Shown here piece after piece: positions 33,257-43,663 of a DNA stretch of 64,000 nucleotides. Positions within the stretch are counted from its first letter, which is position 1. The number at the start of each line of letters is the position of its first letter. Source of the stretch: an uncultured Gammaproteobacteria bacterium (GTDB taxonomy: Bacteria; Pseudomonadota; Gammaproteobacteria; UBA6002). The stretch spans positions 32,001-96,000 of the forward strand of contig CAVPKM010000013.1 in assembly GCA_963705725.1 (NCBI GenBank), written 5' to 3'. The notes beneath the pieces were generated by a model. That model was not told where the DNA came from. It was given only the letters and a program-made list of their open reading frames with translations, and made no database searches. Position numbers and translations under genes: made by a program.

Positions 33257-34048
33257 ATGTTTCGATGGATTATTAACTATCTGCCAGTCTGGCTGCTGTT
33301 TATCATAAATTTCTCTATTTATATTATTTTGGTTTTGTTTGGAACCTATTTGTCTCGAGTGATCCTTTCTTCCAAGAAAATCGATACAGATTATAGTCGT
33401 ACCACAGATAGTATTCTTGGAATCTTGGGAGGGGCTTACGGATTTTTTTTAGGTTTTGTCATCGTCACCTTATGGAACACCTTCACCACTGCGCAAAAAA
33501 TCGTGTACCAAGAGGCAGATGCTGTCGGTATACTCGGCAGGAGTTTGACCACATTTCCTGCGTCTTGGCAGATGACAATGGATAATGACATTGATAATTA
33601 CATTCGTACGGTTAGAGTTAATGAGTGGGAAGCCATGCGAAATGGAAAATCTAGTCCATTAGCTTGGAACGCGATTAATCAACTGTATTTTCATTTGCAT
33701 CAATACACTCCAGCGAGTCCAAAGGAGACTTTATATTATTTGCAAGTCGTTAATAATCTAAATGATTTGTTAAAAAAACGCCGAGATCGGTTGTTCTATC
33801 GAAATAGTATATTAGATAATTCATTACGTACTGCCTTGATTCTTGGTGCCGCTGTTATCGCTTTTATGACTGGATTATTAAAAGGGCAAGGACAGCAAGG
33901 CGCGATGCGCTTTTTGACAATTTCAACCTTCGGCTTGGTCATCGTATTTAACTTAACGCTTGCGCTAAACTTTGACTATCCTTTTTCGGGCAAGATAGCT
34001 GTGAGCAACGCCCCCTTTTACCAAGGAGTATTGCAAGCTTTTTATTAG
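33257..34048 (+). CDS. membrane protein (DUF4239-like)
   Basis: Four TM segments, LGFVIVTLW..A..EA, EWEAM, R..R, LNFDYPFSG. Confidence 0.65.
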   Translation: MFRWIINYLPVWLLFIINFSIYIILVLFGTYLSRVILSSKKIDTDYSRTTDSILGILGGAYGFFLGFVIVTLWNTFTTAQKIVYQEADAVGILGRSLTTFPASWQMTMDNDIDNYIRTVRVNEWEAMRNGKSSPLAWNAINQLYFHLHQYTPASPKETLYYLQVVNNLNDLLKKRRDRLFYRNSILDNSLRTALILGAAVIAFMTGLLKGQGQQGAMRFLTISTFGLVIVFNLTLALNFDYPFSGKIAVSNAPFYQGVLQAFY

Positions 34049-34099
34049 CAAGCACTTTGTTGGTGAAAGCTGGGTGGGTTTTGTTTATACTTGGGGGTT

Positions 34100-34435
34100 G
34101 GAGTGAGCTAGGCAGTCGCTGCTTGCAAGCAGAGGAAAGTCCGGGCTCCATAGAGCAAGATGCCAGGTAACGCCTGGGAAGTGTGAACTTACGGAAAGTG
34201 CCACAGAAAATATACCGCCATTTTTGGTAAGGGTGAAAAGGTGCGGTAAGAGCGCACCGCGCTGATGGCAACATCAGTGGCAGGGCAAACCCCATTTGGA
34301 GCAAGACCAAGTAGAGATCCAGCTTTGCAAAACGCTGCTCGCGTTTGGATTTGGGTAGGTCGCACGAGGTATGTGGTGACACATATCCCAGATAAATGAC
34401 TGTCCACGACAGAACCCGGCTTATCGGCTCGCTCC
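34100..34435 (+). ncRNA. rnpB: RNase P RNA, bacterial class A
   Basis: GAGGAAAGTCCGGGCTC, GGTGCGGTAAGAGCGCACC, ACAGAACCCGGCTTAT; 5' and 3' ends pair (GGAGTGAGC / GCTCGCTCC). Confidence 0.97.
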
Positions 34436-34591
34436 ATTTATTATCGAGCGAATTGCAACCCGCTCTAATTTTTCTGGATAGGTCGCAGGGATCTTCTCAT
34501 GGGGTGCTGCTTGCTGGCATTTAGTAAATAAAAGGTTCTTTATTGACATCCAAGCTTTAAGTAGGCTTTTAACCTAATTTCTAGAGCCCTA

Positions 34592-34994
34592 TCAAATTTC
34601 AGCTGGTGGCTCCAGTTTATTTTCTTCAAAATAAATTTGCTCGGTCTCTTTATTAAATAATTCAACTGCTTTTGGGTCTTGATTTTCCAGGTCTTCAAAA
34701 AAAATTATCATAATTCCAGCTTGAAGGCAAAATCATTACTTTGCGACCATAAGGTTCATTAAGCACAGTGACCCAGGATGAAGGAATTTTCTGATCAATA
34801 AACTCAAATCCTTTCACACTAAAAAAAGCTAGTTCATTTCGATCTTCTGTTTGTATGTAAATATCAAATCCTAAATTTTCGACATAACTTATTGCTAAAA
34901 AAATATATTCTTTTCCTCGTCTTAACCAAGGACTTATATTCCCTAAATTTTCACCTGTCGTATGGCTAATAATATTTCTACATAAAACTTTCAC
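34592..34994 (-). CDS. orphan immunity-like protein (frameshift in the T-tract near 34700)
   Basis: ORF 34695-34994; removing one T extends it to WNYDNFFEDLENQDPKAVELFNKETEQIYFEENKLEPPAEI*. Confidence 0.5.
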
Positions 34995-35797
34995 ATTAAA
35001 ATCTCAATAGAATTTGTTATAGGGCGGAATACAAATAGGTTCCGACTCTAGAATTTGTGGGAAAAGATTAACTGGATTTTTAACTTTTGATAAAAAGTGG
35101 CCTGGACAATAGGAAGTACTGTAGTATTCAGTTAATTTTTAGGCCATGTCAATCAGCACCCTAAAGGGTCCATACTATTGCGGTTCGATTGGCTACTTTG
35201 GGGTGCTGATTAACAAGCTTTACCTTCTCCTCAGAGGAATGGATGCTCCCATCTAGAGTTTCAAAAAAAGCATGAGTTGAGCTGTTTGGCCAGCTTTTAT
35301 TTTTTTGAACCTGGAGTAGAAGATGTAGCATAAAAACATGCCGTTAGGCTTTTAATTTTCATGCAGAGTTAACGACCAAAGAAGCAGCTGGCATATTACA
35401 TAAATAATTTCAAAAAAATGTTTCCCTATTTTCAATCCTCTGCGGATTTCCTGCGGCAACATCGTTAGCGAGCTCTGCCTTGGTGCTGTTTTCTACTCAA
35501 TATTAACTGCCGACGTCGTGGGTACAGCAGAGAGACCTATCAAACGACGAAAACGAAACTGGCAAAAATAACTTGGCTATCATCACGTGATTTACGAAAG
35601 CGATTTAATTGCTTAATGCATTATATCAATGAGAAATCATTAGAGACTGTTTCCACGAGTTGGATAGGAAAAAGCTGTGGCAATAGCCGGAAACAGAATG
35701 CAGCAAAAAGTCACAGCGCTCCCGCTAAAAATTTATCTCTTTTTATTACTTTATGCTATATTAAAATAATAATTAACTTTTTTGGCTTGGAGTTGGA

Positions 35798-36892
35798 ATG
35801 CATACAAGTAATGAGGCGACTTATGAGTTATTGGCTATTAAATCGTTCGAACGCTATAAAAAGAATGATAATTTTTATTTTTATAATGACGGACTTAATG
35901 GAATAACGGATTGGAAATTGCACATATCTGTTAGGTCTTCAGATATAGCAAAAGCATATAATCTTATTCATCATTTATTAGAAGAGAATTTCCATACCTT
36001 TAAGGTTATTTCTGATGATTATCCAGAAGAACAGCGCCATTATCGAGGAGCTCAATTTACCTTAGCATTATCTCAAGGCCACCAAGATAATGTAGATGAC
36101 TTGCAAGTTCTTCTTAAAAAGATAGAGTTACTATTAATAGATAACAATATCGAGCCTGGTTTTATACCTGAGTCTGATGCCAAGCTATTAGAAAAAAATT
36201 TTTTTTCATTGCGCTATGATGGCTCAAAAATTTTTGAACGAGAATTAGAAGAACATGAATATTATCTATCTGCTAATACGGTAGGTAAAAATTATAATCC
36301 GCTAAATAGTTTTAATCCTTATAATATTTTATTACATCGTCAAGATGACGCTTTCGATTTAATTAGACATTTCGAAAAGTTTGAAGTGCGCTCTTTATAT
36401 TGTTTGAGTGAAGCAATTGGATTCTCATGCCTTGCATTTTTACAGAACCAAGGAGAATCTACAATTAATAATATCAAGAAAAATGCGAAAAGAATCGAAA
36501 ATTGTACTACCTCAGAAGATTTTTTAGAGGCAGTTTCATCTTTAGACGAGAAAAATACTTTTGCATATCTTTTTTTGCAGACATTTTTTGGTATGCCTAA
36601 TTTAGCTACTCTAAATATGCTTAGAGAAATCAGTCTTCAAGATTTTTATCCTAAAGATGATGAAATTGGTCAGTTACTTCGAAAAGTTGATCAAATTAAA
36701 ATGGGTCTCCCATTCTTTGATAAAAATCATTCTCAACCTTGTTTGGCCGGTCCTGGGACCCGTTTTTTTCTCTATTTTGACAAACCTTGTCGTACAAGCT
36801 TCGATCTGTTAAACGAAGGTTCGTTAATGATAAATCAGTTATTAGAAATGAAAAATCAATTGGATCCTGGTATTACCAGGCCGAAAATTTAG
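35798..36892 (+). CDS. OspF/SpvC/HopAI1-family phosphothreonine lyase domain protein
   Basis: WKLHISV, FKVI, RHYRGAQFTL, IELLLIDNNIEPGFIPESD, FSLRYD are collinear with SpvC motifs KFHISV, WKVT, RVSLGAQFTLY, GQCPESD, LSYRNE. Confidence 0.75.
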   Translation: MHTSNEATYELLAIKSFERYKKNDNFYFYNDGLNGITDWKLHISVRSSDIAKAYNLIHHLLEENFHTFKVISDDYPEEQRHYRGAQFTLALSQGHQDNVDDLQVLLKKIELLLIDNNIEPGFIPESDAKLLEKNFFSLRYDGSKIFERELEEHEYYLSANTVGKNYNPLNSFNPYNILLHRQDDAFDLIRHFEKFEVRSLYCLSEAIGFSCLAFLQNQGESTINNIKKNAKRIENCTTSEDFLEAVSSLDEKNTFAYLFLQTFFGMPNLATLNMLREISLQDFYPKDDEIGQLLRKVDQIKMGLPFFDKNHSQPCLAGPGTRFFLYFDKPCRTSFDLLNEGSLMINQLLEMKNQLDPGITRPKI

Positions 36893-36923
36893 TCATTGAG
36901 TATCCGCTAATTAATCAGCCCTT

Positions 36924-38401
<1,478 letters not shown>

Positions 38402-38543
38402 GGAGACATGATACTATAATTTTCCACTATGCCTCACTGTTTTATGCATATTGATAATAATTTATTTCAGAAAAATGGCGCATGAGTGAGAAATCTAAAC
38501 CTGCCAATAAACCGTGAAGCTGAGTTTGTGAAATTTCTAGTTT

Positions 38544-40059
38544 GGTAGCGTAAATAATTTTGTGTAAGCAGGTTGAGTCAGCAGATTTTTTGCTACCGAA
38601 TTCCAGATAGCGAAATTAAAATAACAAAAATTTTTTAAATAAACAAATAAAATTATTGTGCCTGTGGGTATGTGCGCAATACTGACGAGTGCAACAGTCA
38701 GTTTGTGCATATATCCACAGGCGATCGAAGGCACAAAATTTTAAATCAGTTCTTAAACTAAATCGCTCCTTTTAGCCTGTCTTCGAACAGGATCATAAAA
38801 CGATTCATGGCATCACCCCAATTTCGTATTGGCATTGTCCATTTTTTTGAAATATTTTTAAGCGCTAAATATAGCTGCTTCAAAGCCGCATCATCCGAAG
38901 GAAAAACGCGCTTACTTTTAATAACCTTCCGAAGGCTCATATTCACGGATTCAACTGCATTCGTAGTATAAATCGCGCGACGAATTTCAGAAGAGTAGCC
39001 AAAAAAAGGCGTGACATTTTCCCAGTGAGTCAGCCAACTTTTACTGATAGAAGGGTAATGCTCGTCCCACTTCTCGGAAAAAGTAGCGAGACATAATTCG
39101 GCTTCATCGAGTGTCTTTGCGCCATAAATCGTTTTTAAATCCGCCGCCACTTGCTTACGGCTTTTCCAAGGAACATAGCGTAGTGAATTTCGAATCATAT
39201 GAACAATGCAAAGTTGAACCTGGGTCTTGGGAAATACCGTTGAAATGGCATCAGGAAAGCCCGTAAGGCCATCAACGCAAGCAATCAAAATATCTCCCAC
39301 ACCACGATGCTGCAATTCAGATAACACATTGAGCCAAAATTTTGAACTTTCCGTTTGGCTAATCCAAATTCCCAGTAATTCTTTTTGCCCTTCAAGATCT
39401 ACACCCAAAGCAAGATAAAAGGCTTTGTTAATCACTCGCTTATCTTCTTTAACTTTGATCATTAAGGCATCAAAGTAAACAATGGGATAAAGTTTATCCA
39501 AGGGACGACACTGCCAAGTTTTCACTTCCTCAATGACTTCGTTGGTCACATTGGAAATGAAAGTAGGAGAGACTTCTACCCCATAGAGCTCTTGCAATTG
39601 CCCCTGTATATCACGTGTCGTCATCCCTCTCGCATAAAGGCTGATGATTTTGTCATCAAACCCTTCAAAACGCGTTTGGTTCTTAGCAACAATCTGGGGA
39701 GAAAAATCTGCATTTCGATCTCTCGGTACCTGGATAGTAAATTCGCCATTTTCGCCCTTTAAAGTTTTTTCTGAATATCCATTTCGAGAATTGCCGCTAT
39801 TCTTACCTTTAGCCTCATTTTTCTCGTAGCCCAAGTGGCTGCTCATCTCTCCTTGCATGGCCCTTTCCAAAAGTGCCTTCGTCAAGTTTTTCAGAAGACC
39901 TCCTTCGCCAAACATATCTTCTTGGGTTTTGCAGTCCTTAATCAAATTATCTATCATTTGCGGATCAAATGAAGTGAGTTTTGTCGCCATAGTCAGTACT
40001 CCTTGTTTCAGTTAGTTTATACTGACTAAATCCAGTTACACAAAAAATTTTATAGCCTC
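38544..40059 (-). mobile_element. IS256-family insertion sequence with 8-bp target-site duplication
   Basis: Imperfect IRs GGTAGCGTAAATAATTTTGTGTAA / TTACACAAAAAATTTTATAGCCTC; TCTAGTTT at 38536-38543 and 40060-40067. Confidence 0.92.
38758..39990 (-). CDS. IS256-family transposase (intact)
   Basis: NSRNGY, VPRDR, LYARGMTTRDI, IVYFDAL, CVDGLTGF, QLCIVHMIRN, YTTNAVES. Confidence 0.96.
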   Translation of the reverse strand: MATKLTSFDPQMIDNLIKDCKTQEDMFGEGGLLKNLTKALLERAMQGEMSSHLGYEKNEAKGKNSGNSRNGYSEKTLKGENGEFTIQVPRDRNADFSPQIVAKNQTRFEGFDDKIISLYARGMTTRDIQGQLQELYGVEVSPTFISNVTNEVIEEVKTWQCRPLDKLYPIVYFDALMIKVKEDKRVINKAFYLALGVDLEGQKELLGIWISQTESSKFWLNVLSELQHRGVGDILIACVDGLTGFPDAISTVFPKTQVQLCIVHMIRNSLRYVPWKSRKQVAADLKTIYGAKTLDEAELCLATFSEKWDEHYPSISKSWLTHWENVTPFFGYSSEIRRAIYTTNAVESVNMSLRKVIKSKRVFPSDDAALKQLYLALKNISKKWTMPIRNWGDAMNRFMILFEDRLKGAI

Positions 40060-40115
40060 TCTAGTTTATCAATTCCACTTAATTTTGGCAGAACAAAGCG
40101 TCCTTTGTTTAAACC

Positions 40116-40183
40116 GCGCAGAACATCTGCTGTGCTTCCACTACCTACACTCGCATTGGGACGATATAGGTTATTAATAAATC
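40116..40183 (-). pseudogene. fragment of a polymorphic toxin C-terminal domain
   Basis: FINNLYRPNASVGSGSTADVLR resembles the LYRPxAxxGxGxTAxAxR motif of Rhs/CdiA toxin tips. Confidence 0.45.
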
Positions 40184-40229
40184 CTTATTTTTTCTAAAAA
40201 TTTTTAATGCAGAGTGCGAGCAGTTACCT

Positions 40230-40520
40230 TTAATCAATTGGAATAATTAATTTTATTTCATCTTTAATTAGGTTTTTTTTCAAAACATTTATAATGTCAG
40301 AATCAGTTCTAATGGCCCTTTCTTTTTGTCCATTCCTGCATCCGGAAAACCTATCTTCACCAATTATTGATAATTCTTTAGCCTTTTCCCCATTGATATA
40401 TAGATCTGCTTTGCATTTCAAAATGAAAGTTTGAATGTCTGGTATAATAATTCCAGTTAAGACTATATGTCCTGAAGATAATTGAAAGAAATTGTTTACA
40501 ATCATTTCACAAGTTTGCAT
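40230..40520 (-). CDS. putative immunity protein
   Basis: Small AT-rich ORF 12 bp downstream of a toxin-like remnant, AGGTG RBS. Confidence 0.55.
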   Translation of the reverse strand: MQTCEMIVNNFFQLSSGHIVLTGIIIPDIQTFILKCKADLYINGEKAKELSIIGEDRFSGCRNGQKERAIRTDSDIINVLKKNLIKDEIKLIIPID

Positions 40521-40532
40521 TTCATTGTCACC

Positions 40533-40810
40533 TTATTTTTGCATTATTTTTAATCGTTCAATCTCTTCAAACTTAAGTTGTTCCAGAAGTTCTAAATCAG
40601 CAGAATTATCTAATCCTAAAAGTCTTGCATGTCTTATCATAAAATCTTTAACATGCACTTCAGCCCTTGTGGAGTTAACTTTTCAATTCTCCAATCTATA
40701 CTGAGTTCCATGTAAAAATTCTTCGAGCAAAGTTGATTTACTTGCATCTTCTTTAATTAATATATGATTAGGGGTGGCTGTATTTGTGCTTCCCTCGGCA
40801 TTCATATATT
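40533..40810 (-). pseudogene. zincin-like metallopeptidase toxin C-terminus (frameshifted)
   Basis: HILIKEDASKSTLLEEFLHGTQYRL..EVHVKDFMIRHARLLGL..*; EExxH variant of HExxH. Confidence 0.6.
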
Positions 40811-40861
40811 CTTGGTATTGGCGCTAAGCTCTCACATCGGCTTTCCGATTCACTGGCTCTG

Positions 40862-41012
40862 GTAAAATCGTTAAGTGGTCGATTGCGCCTTTTAATTGAT
40901 TGGTTTCAAGGTTTGCGCCATCGAGTGTCGTCTCTTTGGTGTGAAGGGTGGTGATGCCCCCCACTTGAACTAGGTTATTCACTTGGGTGGTACTGCAGGA
41001 GGTTTGATGATC
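40862..41012 (-). pseudogene. haemagglutinin-repeat (CdiA/FhaB-like) fragment
   Basis: STTQVNNLVQVGGITTLHTKETTLDGANLETNQLKGAIDHLTI; beta-helix-like and more GC-rich than its flanks. Confidence 0.55.
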
Positions 41013-41035
41013 CTAAGACGCGCCTACGCTACCTA

Positions 41036-41335
41036 TTATTCAACTACAACTCCTATATTTTGGAATTCCATAGCTTCAGTAAAATTTATTAAAATTTCTT
41101 CCTGCTTTTCTTTAGATACCAGTGTTCCATCATCCCATTTTACGAATGCATTAGGGCTAACTATTTCACAAAATCTACCGTCAGATAAACGCCCATTATC
41201 AACTTCAATGGATAGGCATTTATTTCCTTCTCGATATTCAATTGTAAATCGTCCAACTGATTGAACTATAAATCCTTTACTACTTTTTACACCTTGCTTA
41301 TTTATCCATGTAAACATTTTTAACACTTTTAACAC
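41036..41335 (-). CDS. Imm74-like immunity protein
   Basis: GFIVQSVGRFTIEYREG..IEVD..KWDDG..EEILINFTEAMEFQ. Confidence 0.65.
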   Translation of the reverse strand: MLKVLKMFTWINKQGVKSSKGFIVQSVGRFTIEYREGNKCLSIEVDNGRLSDGRFCEIVSPNAFVKWDDGTLVSKEKQEEILINFTEAMEFQNIGVVVE

Positions 41336-41339
41336 TTAT

Positions 41340-41520
41340 TCCTAATCTTCTAGCTGACTTCTGCTTGACTATAATCTTGTTCTATTACTAATTTTACTGC
41401 TTCTTTTTTAAATTCTTGTGTATGTTTACTCTTCTTTTTGCTCATATTGACACCTCAAATTAAGTTAATATATTTTACTTTATTTCTCTTGATTTTGTGT
41501 ATTTTAATTAGACCACATCA
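41340..41520 (-). mobile_element. IS3-family left-end remnant (IRL plus orfA start)
   Basis: 5'-TGATGTGGTC terminus, GAGGTG RBS, MSKKKSKHTQEFKKEAVKLVIEQDYSQAE. Confidence 0.75.
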
Positions 41521-41665
41521 GACCTTAACCGTGCTTTCAAAGCCAAGGTCCGCTAATATCACATTACTGCCACCGCTTTGAATCCAGGACGCCTTATTCT
41601 CTACCTTGCCTGTCGTATGAAGGTAACAGCCGATGCCTTCATGATCCTTGCCGTCTCCGCCTGGT
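41521..41665 (-). pseudogene. second exoprotein (CdiA/FhaB-like) fragment
   Basis: GGDGKDHEGIGCYLHTTGKVENKASWIQSGGSNVILADLGF; GC-richer; cut exactly at the IS3 end. Confidence 0.4.
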
Positions 41666-41724
41666 AATCACACTTTTACACTTTAGTCTTATGTAACAGT
41701 TCGCTTCATTAACAAAATTATTTT

Positions 41725-41985
41725 TTAAGAATTCCAATAGGTTTTATCAGGATACTCGCCTTTTTTCCAATGTCGCATCAATGCCCATGCAGCACATTTT
41801 GCACGTGCTCCACTATCACCTGAGGCAAGTTGCACGGTATAAACAGCACCGCTTTCTTTGCTGATTTTTATCGATCCCATGCATGTTTTTAATTTTTTTT
41901 CATTATCAAGGCTGAGAAATTGATAATTGTAATGGACAAAACTAAGATCTTCTTTAGTCTTTACTATTTCAATATTCATTCCCAT
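41725..41985 (-). CDS. putative immunity protein
   Basis: Starts 1 bp after the toxin stop; GSIKISKESG..GEYPDKTYWNS. Confidence 0.6.
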   Translation of the reverse strand: MGMNIEIVKTKEDLSFVHYNYQFLSLDNEKKLKTCMGSIKISKESGAVYTVQLASGDSGARAKCAAWALMRHWKKGEYPDKTYWNS

Positions 41986-41986
41986 T

Positions 41987-42260
41987 TTACGGTCTCCAAC
42001 TTATTTCAGGTGTTGTTATAAATTCATCAGGATCCCAATCTCTGTCTGATAAAACCGCGGCTTTACGAGCCCTGTTGTAATCTGTTCGATATAATGCTTC
42101 AAATCTAGCCTCAAAATACTCGTGATAAATTAAAGAAATATCTTGTTTCACAAAACAGTTAGACCGCAATCTTTCCCAAGAATCAGCGATTTCAATATAA
42201 GGATCAAACCTACCAACCTTCCCATCACTTAAAAAAGAGATTTTTATGCCTTGTTTTTGG
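41987..42260 (-). pseudogene. orphan toxin C-terminal domain
   Basis: RFDPYIEIADSWERL..DISLIYHEYFE..DYNRARKAA..W motif of Rhs/MuF-type toxin tips; no credible 5' end. Confidence 0.6.
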
Positions 42261-42359
42261 CAAAAGGCTATCGTCGTGAATGCCAAGAATTTAATGCCTG
42301 AATTTATCTGTATCCCCGACAAAACCTTCTGTATATGATTTAGAAGTAATGTGTAACTA

Positions 42360-42392
42360 CTTAAGGATAAGCTAATCTCCACTCCTTAAAAT
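42360..42392 (+). promoter_or_regulatory. PmrA-like tandem box plus -10 element
   Basis: CTTAAGGAT-AA-GCTAATCTC-N7-TAAAAT. Confidence 0.5.
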
Positions 42393-42427
42393 GGAGCCTA
42401 ATTTAAATTTTACTACGAGAGGTGTTT

Positions 42428-42760
42428 ATGATTGAAGCCAATGAGAACGATCCATTGAATGAGAGGAGCGATAATTCCTATTGTCTTCAGCAGTTCATCG
42501 TGGCATCAATAGGACTTGGAACATTCGCAGGTGGGGCTGCTGGCGGGATAGCTGCAGAAATTGTCAGCTCAGCATATACATATGCTGCAATATGGGGAGG
42601 TGTTGGAGTGGGCTTCGGGGTTGGAATGGCGTGCTCTTTAGGGGCTTGCTTTTACAAAAATCCTCCTTCTTGCGCATTTTTCAAATCTGAAACTCCCTCT
42701 GCTCCTAATCAAGAAGAAAATATTTTCAATCCTGTCAGTCTTCCAGGACAAGACCTATAA
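42428..42760 (+). CDS. small glycine-zipper membrane protein, copy 1
   Basis: GAGGTG RBS; GxxxG-rich double hydrophobic segment; tail YKNPPSCAFFKSETPS..PGQDL. Confidence 0.75.
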   Translation: MIEANENDPLNERSDNSYCLQQFIVASIGLGTFAGGAAGGIAAEIVSSAYTYAAIWGGVGVGFGVGMACSLGACFYKNPPSCAFFKSETPSAPNQEENIFNPVSLPGQDL

Positions 42761-42835
42761 AGTTGATTTTTATTTCCCTTCGATAAGAAGTCAAGATGTA
42801 GAAAACTATGAGCTTTAAATGATTTAAAGCTCATA
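42656..42835 (+). repeat. ~180-bp direct repeat, copy 1 (gene tail, 3' UTR and 29-bp palindrome)
   Basis: Near-identical to 43907-44092. Confidence 0.93.
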
Positions 42836-42860
42836 GTAGATGTTATTTTGACTTCAACCC

Positions 42861-42977
42861 ATGCGTGAATTCCTTGATGATCGTGAAGATTATTTGCTTG
42901 GTATTGCTGCGTTAGAAAAAAAAGAAGGCACTATTAGCCTCAAAGAATTGAAGAAAGATCTTGGCGTGGAAGATTGA
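42861..42977 (+). CDS. N-terminally truncated RelB-like antitoxin
   Basis: [38 protein letters not shown]; overlaps the start of relE. Confidence 0.6.
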   Translation: MREFLDDREDYLLGIAALEKKEGTISLKELKKDLGVED

Positions 42978-43305
42978 ATTTAGAAAATCTGCGGCAAAAG
43001 AACTCATGAAGCTCGATAAGCAAACCCAGAAACGCATTATTTCTTTTCTTGAGGAAAAGCTAGAAGGTGCTATTAATCCAGGGATGGAAGGGAAAGCATT
43101 GAAAGGGAACGGAACAGAATTATGGCGTTATCGTGTTGGTGATTATCGATTGATATGCCAGATTAACGATATGATAGTAACCGTATTAGTCGTTAGTATT
43201 GGGCATCGTAAAGAAATTTATCATCGTCTGAATAACCAATCTAAATCCTTGGCTATCACTAGACGAGCTACTCGAAGAATTTATAAAAAAAATGAACGAG
43301 CCTAG
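42961..43305 (+). CDS. relE: RelE/ParE family toxin
   Basis: [43 protein letters not shown]. Confidence 0.9.
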   Translation: MAWKIEFRKSAAKELMKLDKQTQKRIISFLEEKLEGAINPGMEGKALKGNGTELWRYRVGDYRLICQINDMIVTVLVVSIGHRKEIYHRLNNQSKSLAITRRATRRIYKKNERA

Positions 43306-43599
43306 GTATATTTCTGAACTTACTGGCACCTCTTGACTGATCCAATCTTTATCGTAGGCTCTTCTGATCCTGTTAAGCGTCATTTTATACAGGAAGTCAT
43401 TGCTTAATTCAAACCTGTTGATAAAGGTCATTCTCCTAGTCACAACCACATCATTAATCTATCAGGTTCGCTCCGCTCACGTTTCGCGCCTAATAACTTA
43501 GGCTGCACTCGTGAAGCTTTCAAAGAGGTGCTTATGGCCTTTGGCCACAAAACTCATTGCAAAGCCATGTGTAAGGAAAATTTGTAAAAAAGACGGTCA

Positions 43600-43632
43600 G
43601 CTAAGGTAAATTTAAGCTTTAGCCTTTAAACT
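43600..43632 (+). promoter_or_regulatory. PmrA-like tandem box plus -10 element
   Basis: GCTAAGGTA-AA-TTTAAGCTT-N7-TAAACT. Confidence 0.5.
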
Positions 43633-43663
43633 TGAACTGTAACTTAAATTTTGAGGTGTTTTT

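Noticed and set aside
33948-34437. Minus-strand ORFs of 144 aa and 82 aa
   Set aside because: Antisense to rnpB; these are shadow ORFs of the RNA gene.
34565-34592. Possible IS end (GGCTCTAGAAATTAGG), with another at ~35641 (TAGAGACTGTTTCC)
   Set aside because: No matching partner IR, target duplication or transposase could be identified.
35700-35770. PmrA-like box upstream of the lyase gene (also checked for the ankyrin, 508-aa and 198-aa genes)
   Set aside because: TAA boxes and spacing do not fit the geometry seen at the three accepted sites.
35798-36892. Lanthipeptide synthetase (WKLHIS motif)
   Set aside because: No kinase or cyclase domain, precursor peptide or transporter; GAQFTL and PESD fit OspF/SpvC better.
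43460-43560. TTCGCTCCGCTCACG motif suggestive of an attC/REP element
   Set aside because: No complete palindrome or core sites, and no second copy seen.
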